Positions 1-11,757 of a stretch of DNA of 64,000 bases are shown here, in pieces. The DNA is from Tricharina praecox (Eukaryota): positions 124,001-188,000 of the forward strand of contig NW_026250437.1 of NCBI RefSeq assembly GCF_024521635.1. The letters are read 5' to 3'. The position numbers and the translations under genes are program-made. Position 1 is the stretch's first letter, and every line of letters begins with the position of its first letter. The notes under the pieces were generated by a model. That model had not been told where the DNA came from. It saw only the letters and a program-made list of their open reading frames with translations, and did not search any database.

Positions 1-1086
1 GGAGCCGGTGGGGATCGCGCGGCAGACGGACCTGCACCCTGAGCTGAAGGGACAGGTTTCGTCGGCGCATGCGCACGTCGACCCCGAAACGGGGGATCTG
101 TTCAACTACAACCTCGACATCGGCCGCACCGTTACCTACCGTGTCTTCAAGACGTGCAAGGCGACGGGGGAAACGGAGGTGCTCGGGACCATTACCGATG
201 CGCCGCCCGCATATATCCACTCCTTCTTCATGACGGAAAACTTCGTCGTGCTGTGCGTGTACTCGGCGCACTTCGGCATGGGCGGCATCAAGATCCTGTA
301 CAACAAGAATATGCTGGACGCACTCGACGATGTGTCCGCGGACAGACGGGCGAGCTGGTATGTTGTCGACCGGCGACACGGACGGGGCGTGGTTAGGAAG
401 TACACTTCCGATGCGTTCTTTGCGTTCCATTCCGTCAATGCGTGGGAGGAGGATGGCGGCATCGTCGCCGAGGTGCCCGCGTACGAGAATATCGACATCA
501 TCAAGAAGTTCTACCTTCACAACATGAAGGGCGAGACGGATGAGGCGAGGAAGTGGATAGCCGAGGGGCGCTCAAGGTTCAGCAGGTTCTGGTTGCCGGG
601 GCTGGACGATGTTGAGGCCGGCGAGGGGAAGGCACAGCTGGTATGGGCGAGGGAGGCGGATATGTCCATGGAGCTCCCCTCGATCAACCCTCAATTCTCG
701 ACCAAGCCCACGCGGTACGTCTCTCTCCACCCCATCCTCCACCCAGCTCACCCAGCTCACCCCACTAACCCACCACCAGGTACACATACGGCCTAACCAA
801 CCGCCTCAAATCCACGCTGATGGACGGAATCATGAAGCACGACAGTGCCACGGGGGGCCACCTGCTATGGGAGGAACACGCGCACACACCCGGCGAAGCC
901 ATCTTTGTGCCCGACCCCGCAGGCACAGACGAGGACGATGGCGTTCTGATGAGCGTCGTGCTGAATGGAAGGACCGGATTGAGCTACCTCCTCGTCTTGG
1001 ATGCGAAGACGCTCAAGGAGGTGGCCCGCGCTGAGATGCGCTGCGCGGTGTTGGTCGGGTTTCATGGGAGTTTCGTGGGTGCTTAG
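1..1086 (+). CDS. Carotenoid cleavage oxygenase / RPE65-family dioxygenase, 5' end outside the window
   Basis: Family motifs SAHAHVDPETG, AYIHSF, FAFHSVNAWE, ELPSINP, GEAIFVP, EDDGVLMSVVL and GFHGSF. Intron 715-779 (gtacgt...ctaac...cag) joins ORFs 8-796 and 820-1086 in frame (KPTR|YTYGL). Confidence 0.9.
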
Positions 1087-2569
1087 GGAGCGAGGGGGAG
1101 GGGGCGTTTGGGTGGTGTGGAATTGGGTATTAGGTTTTGGCATACGCTGCGTTAGTATTGTTTACGATTTTGTTCGTACTCAATTGAGTGAGCCGGCCAG
1201 ATTGGATTGGGCGGGGACAGTATTCCGGGAGCTTTCCGTGTGCGAGGACGAGGGGACTGCAATGTGCATTGTGCATTGAGATTCGAGAGGTTGGTATTCA
1301 AATATACCTCATGGTGACCAATCATGATTCATCAAGCCTCAAGTTCCGACGACGACTTGCACTTGCACTTGCACCGGTACATCTAGTAGGTAGCAAAAAG
1401 TGAAGTGGGATTGATACGGGAGGAATACCGCGGTCATTTGAATACCGACGAACGACCAGATTTTATTTGGCCAACTTCGGTAGTACTACGTGATCAGCGA
1501 CCAGATGGCTGCGGTTTCAGTGATCACTACCGAAATACTTCCGTGCTTGCAGAAAGAGATGCTCACCAGTACTTCAAAGTCCGTAGATATACATACAATG
1601 CGATCTTTTGGAGTACCATGGGCTTTGGTAGATGCAGGAGCACAACAGAGTTTTGGGAAGTGTAACTGATATTGGAGATGCCAAAGTAATGTTGAAGGGC
1701 TGTCATAGTACTGGAGGAATCCGGCAGAACTACAGCAGCGGAAAACACCACGCAGTGTTGGCACTGCCCGATAGTTGCTTCTCGATTCCGTAGGGACTCA
1801 GCAGCTCTACTATATTTAGCTCAATCCGAATGGTTTCCTCTACGGTTTTTATTCCGTAGGCCTACAGCACTTCCTGCACTACACGAATGTCGTAAATATT
1901 TGCTTGCGTACAGCACGGCTTACTCACTGTACGTATTCCTGGAACTAGAGGGTTTCTACCGTGTGCATACCGGGTTCAGTGACCAGTGCATTCTGCCCAC
2001 CACGGCATTTCGTCTGTAGGACTCTTGTCGGCATGACAACGTTTTCTCTGCAATACGTTGTTGCGCGAATTGGGTAGTTCTCTGGTAGGTCTCTGGTAGT
2101 TCTCCGGTATTCTGGACAGTGCGTAACACCTTACATTCAGAAGAACCGCGGTAGTTCTTCCGGTGTTTTGGTAAGCGTATCTTTACAACACTGCGTATAA
2201 TTTGTCGATACTGCAGAAATGAGAATACTAGTATAGAAAACAAAATATCAGAATAAATCTGTATTCTTTACGACTGCTGGATGTAAATCTGAGCGGTAGT
2301 ACTACTGGGGAACTTCGGGCATCAATCGCACCCCATCTTTTGCTCCTGTAATTAACAAGCTGGGACTCCGTCTTTGAAGAAGTGCGAACTCCGTAGGCAG
2401 TTGTGTAGGAACGGTATCCGGATTTAGGAGCAAATTTTCTTCATCATAAGACTGCACAGCTTCCAAGAATCTAGGTTGCATCAAATTCGGATAATACATA
2501 ACACGAGGTAGATGCAGGATCACAACCAGATCCCCAAAAATACGTCTTGCAATGAACACCCATCAAATA

Positions 2570-2915
2570 CCACTTTATATACAAGACTGAGGTGCCGCCT
2601 AACGTTCGCCGCGTAATCATATGCTCGTCGACACTCGGCCACAGCCGTTGAGCGTCCTGTACTCTACGTAGAACGGAACGATGGGAGTGACGACGTACGG
2701 TTAGGCAGTCAAACAATTTATTGGTGAGTGTCTCGGTACATACAGAAAGAAGAACCACAAGATTGAAGAGAGCCCGCCGCTCCACTGCCCGTCTCCTCCC
2801 AAAACTAAGAAACCACTATATAAACATTCGATCCAACGCTCCACACTGTGACCGTCGAGGCTCGGTCTCGACCTTCCACCGCGAAACCCTATCCGTGCCG
2901 ACGTCTCCGGACGAC
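2570..2915. mobile_element. Degenerate LTR fragments of the same copia family as 4999-5237
   Basis: tatacaagactgaggtgccgcctaacgttcgccgc (~2578) and ccgtcgaggctcggtctcgaccttccaccgcgaaaccctatccgtgccgacgtctc (~2852) closely match segments of the 4999-5237 LTR. Confidence 0.75.
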
Positions 2916-2939
2916 TACCTAGAGTTTGCCACTTCCCCT

Positions 2940-3158
2940 CGAACGGAGAAAGTACACAAATGGTACAGACTGGAAAGAAGGAACAGCAAGGGCCAATACG
3001 ATAACGAGACGTTCCGATTGGTCCTCGCAGAACATGGCATCACCTTCGACTCTCCGAGCCTTCGCCGCCAGACACTCAACATAGGAACGGCGTGTTCGAG
3101 CGGTGATTCAGACGCATAACATGAAGGCCCGATATATGCTACTGGATAGCAACCTTAC
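2940..3158 (+). mobile_element. Decayed Ty1/copia integrase fragment
   Basis: Frameshifted translation KGQYDNETFRLVLAEHGIT...KARYMLLDSNL; a diverged inverted copy of 3225-3436. Confidence 0.7.
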
Positions 3159-5237
3159 ACCGAGCGTGCAGGACCCAGGTATTTTGCGGTGGGTACTGAT
3201 ACTGCTTCTGCCCACCTACGCGGTGGAAGATTGCTGTCCAGTAGCATAGCTCGAGCCTTCGTGTTGTGAGTCGGGATCATTCGCTCGGACACGCCGTTCT
3301 CATGCTGAGTGTATGGCGGCGGTGGCTCGGAGGTGATGCCATGGTCTGCGAGGATCGATCGGAACGAGTCATCTCGTTGTCGTATTCGCCCTTGCCGTTC
3401 CTTCTTCTTCAATCTGTACCTACTTTCTCCGTTCAAGGTTTTGTTCTTCCAACGGCGTCCTTTGAACTTTCGAGTATGACCACGATGTTTGCGAATGTTT
3501 TGGCGAGGGTTGCGAAGATGCGCATAAGTAAACTCCTAGGTATCATCGAGCTCGTCTGGGGTTCCTTCTAGCTCCTGGCGTATATCGGATAGCAAGGAGG
3601 TTGTTGAAATATACGGGTAGACAAATGATGATATTATACCTATACGATACCGGAAGCAGACGTCATGGCCAGTTAGGTTCAGTTGCGGAACAGACAGAAG
3701 CGGAGTTTTATGGTCTGGGACATATAGGGCTTCTATGTACCCGGAGCTCCATCCCACAGTCAAACCGGAAGTGAATTTGGCCGATGGCAGTTGCTAGACT
3801 CGTGGATTCGGCCGAATCAACGTCCAGAGGTGGGTCGAGGGTCCGGTACGGTATTCATCGAAATCCGCCAGGTTAGGTGTGATGTGATGAGTAGAACCAG
3901 AGCCGAAATCCAATGGCTGGTGCTTCTAAGTGCGTTGCCGACAGAGCGGGCACTGGCCGTTAGGCCACGTACTATGTTGTCACCATCGGCGTTCCCAAAG
4001 GGTCCGGATGCCTGGGAAGCTCGCCTGTGTTGGTTTTCCTTCCGTATCTGGGCTGCATTGTCCTTCATCCGACATTCACCAGCTCTATATATGGCCTTTC
4101 TTCGTACAGTAGAAGCATACTACCTATGTCGGGGTCCGAGCTTTCCGGCTTCCTGTCATAGGGCTTACCAGTGTTTTTTCCGCAGCCCTTCCGCTTCCCA
4201 TGTTTTCCGGAGTTCCTCCTATTGGTATTGGTTGGTCACCATTGCCTGAATAAACAGTAGTACCGGCGGTGTTAGGATTAGACCCAGCTAACGCGGTGCA
4301 GAGGTTTTCGGAGGCTTCGTGCTCGATAAGGACTGCGGCGACAGAGTCGAGGGTTTGGTCTTCCCAAGGGTTCCCTTTTCAGGATGACGACTATGTTTGC
4401 GAATGCTTTGGGAAGGGTTGCGAGGAGGCGCATGAGTACAGTCCTCTCTTCTTGTTCGTCTGCGGTACCTTCTAACTCCTGTTTTATATCTGATAGGTAG
4501 GAGATGTAGTCGGACACCGGAGTTCTAGGTTTCATCGATGAGTTGTGAAAGCGGGAGATGGTGGCTATACGTGCTGACTGAGATGTTGCGCAGTCAAGTC
4601 ACTGTCCAAGGGCTTCCCATGCGCATTGCGGGTCGCGATGGCCAAGGCCACTGATAAAGGAACGGATAATTGGCTCAGTGGACGATCGTATCACGCCGAA
4701 GGCTTTGTTCGACCGTCTAGAGTAGTCTCTTCCGAGGGCAGATGTCATGTTGGCTGATGCTCCTTCCAAGCCGAGGACAATGTCACGGGCGTCGTCCATA
4801 CCGAGGAAGTCCACGAGATCGTTCTGGTCCCAACATCTTGGCAACAAGTCCGTCTAAAGTCCGCAGCCCCGAGTGATAGTTTCTTGCGGTGACTTGGGCT
4901 GTGGAGCCGTGTTTGCTGGTGTGCATCGCGGTGGGCTCGGCCATGGTTTTTGGTGGTCGCCATAGTCTAGTAAGGCCGCATGCGCTGGATTCATAGTCTG
5001 TTGAAATATGGATAGAACGATAGAGATGATTGATTTGATACAGAAAAAACCTATCGTCAGCGGGCGGCGAGGCCTCTCTTTATACAAGATTGAGGTGCCG
5101 CCTAAAGTTCGCCGCCGTATAGTTAACCATATGCTCCTCGACACTCAGACTTCAGTCGACGCCGTCGAGGCCCGGTCTCGACCGTCCACCGCAAAACCTT
5201 ATTCGTGCCGACGTCTCTTGGCGACCAAAGTTTGACA
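3155..5237 (-). mobile_element. Decayed Ty1/copia LTR retrotransposon (LTR, gag, protease and integrase remnants)
   Basis: LTR 4999-5237 (TG...CA) followed on the - strand by GACTATGAATCC, similar to the GGTTATGAGCCC seen next to many copia LTRs. Gag-like DYISYLSDIKQEL...RLLATLPKAF; protease-like W..GSGSTHHIT and ALYVPDHKTPLLSV; integrase PYTQHENGVSERM...KARAMLLDSNLP..WAEAV. Many stops and frameshifts. Confidence 0.85.
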
Positions 5238-5570
5238 ACGTTTATGTGGAAGCCGTTCTTCTGCACTCAGTCTTATACTAGTACTCGAGTTTATACTATA
5301 GAGAGAGATCTTCCTGTTTTATTTTGCATGCAGCCTATCTAGACTATGGCGAACCCACAACCTCCGTTTCCTGTCCGCCCTGGCCAGTCGAGGTGAAAAA
5401 CCCACCCGGGACCGACCAGTCTGATGCGGCACCCCACTTCCCCCGCCCCATCCGCCTCGGACCGACACAAGCAAAGAAAAAGTATATCGTCAGTAAAGAC
5501 CGGTATGGGCCCACATGCCCGCTCCTCCTGCTGCACCTCGCCTCTCTTCCCCTCGAGTTTATACTGTAAA

Positions 5571-6007
5571 GGGCCCGGTTGGATGGCCTCAGTTTTAGCG
5601 AAAACTGTCAGTTTTTCGAGAAACTGAGCAAATGGAACTGAGACCCCGTTTGGATGGCACAAAAACTTAAAAAAAAAACCTGAAACTGTGCGGCTCCAGC
5701 GACGAAACTGGTACTGGCCTCGAGAGATCATTTCTTTGCTGCCACTCAGTATCGCATTTTAACTTCAACCATGGACTCCCTTTACGGGGAAGAGACAAAA
5801 GCGGGGCCACAATGTGTCCACTACATATTAAAGTTCTGGCGAAGCCTATTATTCAGACTTATGGCTGAGTAATCTAAAAATTGCCAAACACTCTGTTCAT
5901 CTCACAGTTCTCCGGAAACTGAAACTGGACAGTATTCGGTGTCCCGGCGGGGAACTGAATTTCGCTCTAACATTGGAACTGAAAACTGAGGCCATCCAAA
6001 CGGGCCC
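5571..6007. mobile_element. PIF/Harbinger (Tourist-like) MITE
   Basis: ~26-bp terminal inverted repeats gggcccggttggatggcctcagtttt / aaaactgaggccatccaaacgggccc (1 mismatch), TAA on the right flank, non-coding interior, and an internal partial TIR copy at ~5645. Confidence 0.8.
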
Positions 6008-6245
6008 TAATAAATCTCTCGTTCCGTGCATATCAACAGTGCTAATTTTTGAATGCCATGATGCTGCTCAACTACTCAAGCCCAAACCGCAAACCCCCCT
6101 CCCCGTGGTGCAAAGTGCTCCCATATTCTACATGCATTTATACTCCCAAACAAAAAAAAACCAGAAACCAACGACCATATCTATGCAAAACTCCATTCCC
6201 ATCAGATTCCCCACCGGCCTCACTCCTCCCCTCTGTTCTCGCTAA

Positions 6246-7862
6246 CTACCGCTGCGGATACGGCAACGTATTAGTCTTCTGCAGCGGCACGCCCCTCGAG
6301 TCCCTCCTATCACTCGCGGCCGAATTCGTAGCGCCACTCTCCCTCCTCGGCGCAACGAACCCCGGATACGGTCCCGAGCTCGCACTATTCGTACTCGCGC
6401 TGGAATCCTGTCTTTGGGGCGCGACATATCCAGGCCTGACATACGCGGGCGCACCACCGGGGGAGACAGTGCGGGGGGCCGGAGTCGCCGTGGTGGACGA
6501 CGGCAATACCGCCTTGCTCTTGATGACATGATTGAGCCTTGCAATTTCATTCTCCCTTGTGGCGAGCGTTGTGCGCACCACCTGCAGCTCATGCCACGTC
6601 TTCTGGTGCTTCGCCTCGTCCGCGGCCCTATCCTGCAGCTCCAGCCGCAGCGTCGCAACCTCGGCCCTGGCCGCCTCGAGCTCGCGCGCCGCCCCCGAGT
6701 GCTGCAGCGCCGCCGCCTGCAGCTCGAGCGCCTCCTTCCGCAGCTTCGCAATCTCTGCCATCGCCGCCGCGAGCTCGCGCGCAACTCCCGCGTGCACCAC
6801 CGCAGCAGCCTGCAGCTCCCGCACCTCCGTCCGCAGCTTCTGCCCCTCCGCTGTCTTTTCCGCGACCTCAGCCCGCCCCTTCTCCACATCGCGCTTTACC
6901 CCCGCCAGCTCCCCATCCCTCTCCAGCGCCCGCTTATGTGCCGTCTCGACCTCAACTCTAAGCGCCGCCACCTCGCGCTTCGTCCGCACCAGCTCCTCAT
7001 CAGCCTCACCCGCCCTCTTCCTCGCCACATCGATTTCCGCCTGCAGCACCGCAGCCTCCCGCCTACACTTCTCGAGGGCACCCGCCTGCTCCCGCGCTTC
7101 GGCCGACTTCCGCACCAGCTGCTGCGTAATCGTTTCCAGCTCGCGCGTGACGCGCGCGCACTCGCTGTCCTTGTCCGCGAGCACCCGCGTAAGCCGACTG
7201 TTCTCGATTTTGGCGTCGTACATTTCGGCGGTTTTGGTTTTTAGCGTCGATTCTTGCGAGACCGTGAGGGTGCGCAGGCGGGCGAGCTCCGGGTCGGGCG
7301 CGCTGGACGCCGCGGGATGGGAGGGCGCCGGTGGCGTGTAGGGCGGCGTGGGCTGTGCGGCTTGCGCGGGAGGTTGGTATGCCGGCGGTGGGATGTGTTG
7401 GGACTGCGCAGGCTGCTGGGGGTGGGCGGGCGGCTGGAAGTGCGGTTGTTGTTGTTGTTGTTGTGGATACTGCTGCTGCTGCTGTTGTGACTGCTGCTGC
7501 GGAAACTGCTGCTGCTGCTGCTGCTGCTGCTGAACGGGCGGTCTATACTGTTGCTGCTGTTGCTGTTGCTGCTGCTGGGGCGGCTGTTGTTGCGGCCACT
7601 GTTGCGGCGGATGATTATACGTCTGCGGGCTGGCCACATACTGTTGTGGGGAGACGGGCGTCACGGGCTGCGGAAACGACGGCCGCGACGAAAAGATGTT
7701 CAGGGTCTTGACCAGGCTTCCGCCAGACTGTTTTGGCGAGACGGGCGGCGGGCGGTAGCGCGGGTCTAGGTATGCGGGCTGTTGTTGTTGCTGCAGTGGT
7801 TGCGGCTGCTGCTGCTGTTGCTGCGGAGAGTAGTTCGGTTGCTGGGGCGGCCACTGTGCCAT
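6246..7862 (-). CDS. Uncharacterised protein: Q/P-rich N-terminus plus long coiled coil (538 aa)
   Basis: Single 538-codon ORF with A-rich start context (caaaaacaccATG), GC3-biased codons and a heptad-like E/K/R/A/L-rich middle. Confidence 0.8.
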   Translation of the reverse strand: MAQWPPQQPNYSPQQQQQQPQPLQQQQQPAYLDPRYRPPPVSPKQSGGSLVKTLNIFSSRPSFPQPVTPVSPQQYVASPQTYNHPPQQWPQQQPPQQQQQQQQQQYRPPVQQQQQQQQQFPQQQSQQQQQQYPQQQQQQPHFQPPAHPQQPAQSQHIPPPAYQPPAQAAQPTPPYTPPAPSHPAASSAPDPELARLRTLTVSQESTLKTKTAEMYDAKIENSRLTRVLADKDSECARVTRELETITQQLVRKSAEAREQAGALEKCRREAAVLQAEIDVARKRAGEADEELVRTKREVAALRVEVETAHKRALERDGELAGVKRDVEKGRAEVAEKTAEGQKLRTEVRELQAAAVVHAGVARELAAAMAEIAKLRKEALELQAAALQHSGAARELEAARAEVATLRLELQDRAADEAKHQKTWHELQVVRTTLATRENEIARLNHVIKSKAVLPSSTTATPAPRTVSPGGAPAYVRPGYVAPQRQDSSASTNSASSGPYPGFVAPRRESGATNSAASDRRDSRGVPLQKTNTLPYPQR

Positions 7863-9352
7863 GGTGTTTTTGTTTTTGTTTTGTTTTGTTTTGTTTGGAT
7901 ATTAGATGGCGATGCGGATGTTTGGCGTTGCACAAGTGATCGTGGCGATGGAGAGAGTTACGAGGGATTTTTAGGGGGCTCGGACTCGTTTTAATCGCGT
8001 CCCGCGAGCTCAGAGTCACTCCACCCTCCCTTATCCTCCTCCTCCTCCTCCTCCTCACATCACATTCCGCCTCCACCTCCGTGAGTATGGGTTTCCCCGC
8101 AGCTGCGCACTTTGCACGCTGCGCTGCGGCTGAGAAGAGAGTCAAGCCTTTGCTGGGTGCTGCTGCAAGTGGGTGGGAACATTAATGGAGTATACGAGCA
8201 GCTGCCCAGCTGATTGGCCGCAGTAACGAGCGTGACACCGTCTTCTTCCCCCTGAGCCGTGGAGATCTGGAAGGTGGGACAATGGCCACAGAAACCGCAT
8301 GAGGACTGTGGGGTGGCGGCAGGTGGCGATGATGAAAGCTGTCTATTAGGGAAAACGTATATAAATATTCAGTGTCTTCTTGTCGACGAACCGCGCAGTG
8401 GACTTGTTCGGTTGGTGGACGCGGAAGACCGCCGGACACGTGTGTTTGAGGCTAAAGGGGCCGTTCATCCAGGATCACTCACGGAACTCTCAACAGAGCA
8501 GGCAGGAAAGGCTGTACGAGAAAAGGAATTAAAGTTTTCTCTCCTTTCCACCGTGAAACCGGGTCGCCATAGTCCAGACTCTTGAAAGGCTGTATACGAC
8601 AATAAACTGATGTCCCTCTCTTCCGTCGTGAAACCCAGCGGTGGGCACAGCAGACGGCTCTGTGGGTGAGAGTGAGGAAGGAGACACGACGGGAAAGGCG
8701 ACGGTGGAAATGGCCGAGCTGTTCATACTTCGCAAACGAGCTGTGGGAATTCCTGAAGATGACAGACAGACGTTGGTAGGATAACTACATCTCGAGTATT
8801 TGGTACCCAGCAGACTTATCTAGAGTATCAGGGCGGTCAGTAAAGTAGTTCCGACGTGACACGGGTGGGAAAGATTCAAACACTTCGATTTTGGCAGAAC
8901 CAGTACCGGTGAGCAGTCCCGCGCCCCGGCTTCTGTGCGGGGAGCGGCGGCCATCTTTTAGGCGAGTGCGGACAGCCCTGTCATCGCGGACAGTGTTGCG
9001 GGGCGTAACGTGGATCCTTCGGCGTGGCTCGTCCACTCTCGGGTACCAGCGGGGCGCCACAGTAGCGGCCGCTCGCAACAACCTCCGCGGAAGTTGCCTG
9101 CGCCTGTCCAGTGTCGGCAAAGCCCGAGTAGCTAGAGCGGAGCAGCGATAACGGAGTCGGCGCAACGTCTCAAGAAATAATACCATGAGCAAAGGCAAAC
9201 ATGCTGTGTCCGATCGGCCGGCGATTATTGATCAGTCATGTTACTTAGGTAGGGGTGCATATCAGTAGGTATTTAGAAGCATCGGGGGGCAATCCGAAGG
9301 GTTCGCTTCTCTACTGCTGCTGCAACCACCTACTTCGAGATCTTTCCCCGCC

Positions 9353-10727
9353 ATGTCACTCAGAGTCCCCCACGCTCGCAGCCTTCTCCTCCGGCGCCAC
9401 CGACCGCCGCCAGCACCACGACTGCGTCTGCTTTCCCCGAATCGCGCCCACTCCTCCTCCTCCTCCGCCGCCGCCGTCTCAATCGCACGCCCAGATGCCG
9501 TCCCCCCGCCGTCGCCGTCGCCATCGGCACCGCCCGCCACACCCCGCCTCACCGCCCTGCGAACAGCCAAGCCGTTCTCCGCCTTCCTGACGGACCGCTT
9601 CTCGCGGCAACACAACTATCTCCGCATCAGCATCACGGAGCGCTGCAACCTGCGGTGCCTCTACTGCATGCCAGAGGAGGGGGTGGCGCTCTCGCCCGCC
9701 GCGCACCTGCTCAGCACGCCCGAGATCCTCGAGATAGCGCGTATATTCGTCTTGCAGGGCGTGACCAAGATCCGGCTCACGGGTGGCGAACCGACGGTTC
9801 GCCGCGATGTCGTCGAGCTGGTCGAGGCCCTGGGCGGTCTGAGGGAGCTGGGCCTCAGGGAAATCGCCATGACGAGTAATGGCGTGGCCCTCTCCGAGAG
9901 GAAGTTGCAGCGCATGGTGGATGCTGGGTTGACGGCGTTGAATTTGAGTCTGGACACGCTAGTGCCAGCGAAGTTTGAGTTTATGACCAGGCGGAAGGGG
10001 TTGGAGAGGGTGTTGGGAGTAGTCGAGCACACTGGCAGGATGGGGTTTGGAGCGGTCGGCGGAGAGGGGACCAGGACGTTGAAGATCAATGTTGTTGTCA
10101 TGAGGGGCGTGAATGAGGACGAGATTGTGGATTTTGTCGAGATGACGAGGGGCAAAGAGCTCGAGGTCAGGTTCATTGAGTACATGCCGTTCGATGTCCG
10201 TCTGCCCCGCCCCGCCCCGCCCCGCCCCGCCCCGCCCCCGGTGCCTATCCCACATCCCATGCTGACCGAAAAATATGTAGGGCAACAAATGGGCCACCAA
10301 AAAGATGTTCCCATTCGCGGACATGCTCTCGACCATCCGGGCCAAATACCCCACATTCACCGTCCTTCCCCAGCAGCGCCCGAACGACACGGCAAAAACC
10401 TACCACGTCCCCGGCTTCGCCGGCAAAATTGGCTTCATCACCAGCATGACCGAGAACTTCTGCGGCAGCTGCAACCGCCTGCGCATCACCTGCGACGGTA
10501 ACATCAAGGCGTGTCTCTTCGGGAACGAGGAGGTGTCGCTCCGCGACATCATCCGGCAGTACAGGGCTACGGACGAGGCGGTGGGCGCGGGGAGGGATAG
10601 GGACGCGATGGAGAGGATGCTGCTACAGGCTATTGGCGGTGCGGTCGGCAGGAAGGAGGAGGGACATAAACCCGCTGAGGAGATCGCCAGGGGCGAGAAT
10701 AGGCCCATGATTTTGATTGGTGGGTAG
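9353..10727 (+). CDS. moaA: GTP 3',8-cyclase (MoaA/MOCS1A; cnxAB/nit-7 A domain), radical SAM
   Basis: [19 protein letters not shown] (CxxxCxxC), [22 protein letters not shown] across intron 10196-10280, FCGSCNRLR...C, and C-terminal RPMILIGG*. The R/S-rich N-terminus resembles a mitochondrial targeting peptide. Confidence 0.95.
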
Positions 10728-10898
10728 TCTTCTCGGTCCTTCTTGTTTGCGCGCTTGCTTGCTTGGTTCGTTTGCTTTTGCTTCTATTCAGGCGTGCATT
10801 GGGTGCTTGTTCAAGGGGTTCGTTGTGTATGTGTATGTGTACGATGATGAATGGGAATGTGTGTTGGTTAACGTGATGGACTCGCTCGGGACATGTAG

Positions 10899-11602
10899 AT
10901 AAACATATGTACCACACTGGCAGTGGCAGTGGCAGTAGCCACACCAACCCCCACCGCACCCCCTCCCTCCGCATCCCTCTACACCTCCTCCCCCACAGCC
11001 TCACCCCCTCCCTCAGCATGCGCCAGTACTCGACCAAGCCCTCGACCAAGCCTTCACCCGCCCCCTCCGCACTCCCACACCTCACCCCCACCGGCGCCGC
11101 ACACATGGTACCGATCCACACCAAGGCGGTGAGCACGCGCACGGCAGTAGCCGTAGGGACAGTGACGTTCAGCAACCCCACAGCACTCGAGCTGATCCGC
11201 AGCAACAGCAACAAGAAGGGCGATGTCCTCGCGCTCGCACGCATCTCGGGGATTATGGCCGCAAAGAAGTGTGCTGACATCGTCGTGCTGTGTCATCCCA
11301 TTCCCATCTCGTCGGTGGAGGTGGATGTGAAAGAAGTGGTGGGGGAGAGGGAGGGACTGGGGGGCGGGGAGGGTGATGGGAATGGGGTACTGCAGATTAG
11401 GGCGACGGTTACGTGTGAGGGGAAGACGGGTGTCGAGATGGAGGCGCTTACGGCTGTCATGGGCGCTGCGCTTGCCGTGGTTGATATGTGTAAGGCGGTC
11501 GATAAGAGGATTGTTGTTGGAGGTGTTAGGGTGATCGAGAAGAGGGGCGGTCGGAGTGGTGATTTCTTTGCGGATGGGCCGCCGCCGGTGGAGGGGAGGT
11601 AG
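10899..11602 (+). CDS. moaC: Cyclic pyranopterin monophosphate synthase (MoaC/MOCS1B; cnxC domain), likely the last exon of a MoaA-MoaC fusion
   Basis: Motifs LPHL...AHMV, KKGDVLALARISGIMAAKK, LCHPI, KTGVEMEALTA, DMCKAVDK and EKRGGRSGDF. Joined in frame to MoaA by intron 10720-10898. Confidence 0.93.
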
Positions 11603-11757
11603 ATGAATGGATCGATGGCTTTGGTTGTACATGGTGGTCACATTGATGTCTGGACTGCTACCAGTTGCTTGTCAAACTTGGTTGGAGAGAATCCAAACCG
11701 ATCCTACATATCGCATTTCATTCCAGTAGATCATCGGCAGTCTATATGATACGCCCT

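Noticed and set aside
1300..2560. Possible DNA transposon remnant
   Set aside because: No TIR, TSD or transposase motif could be identified by eye.
7348..7533. Cys-rich metallothionein-like ORF
   Set aside because: It is the antisense shadow of the CAG/CAA polyQ codons of the 6246-7862 gene.
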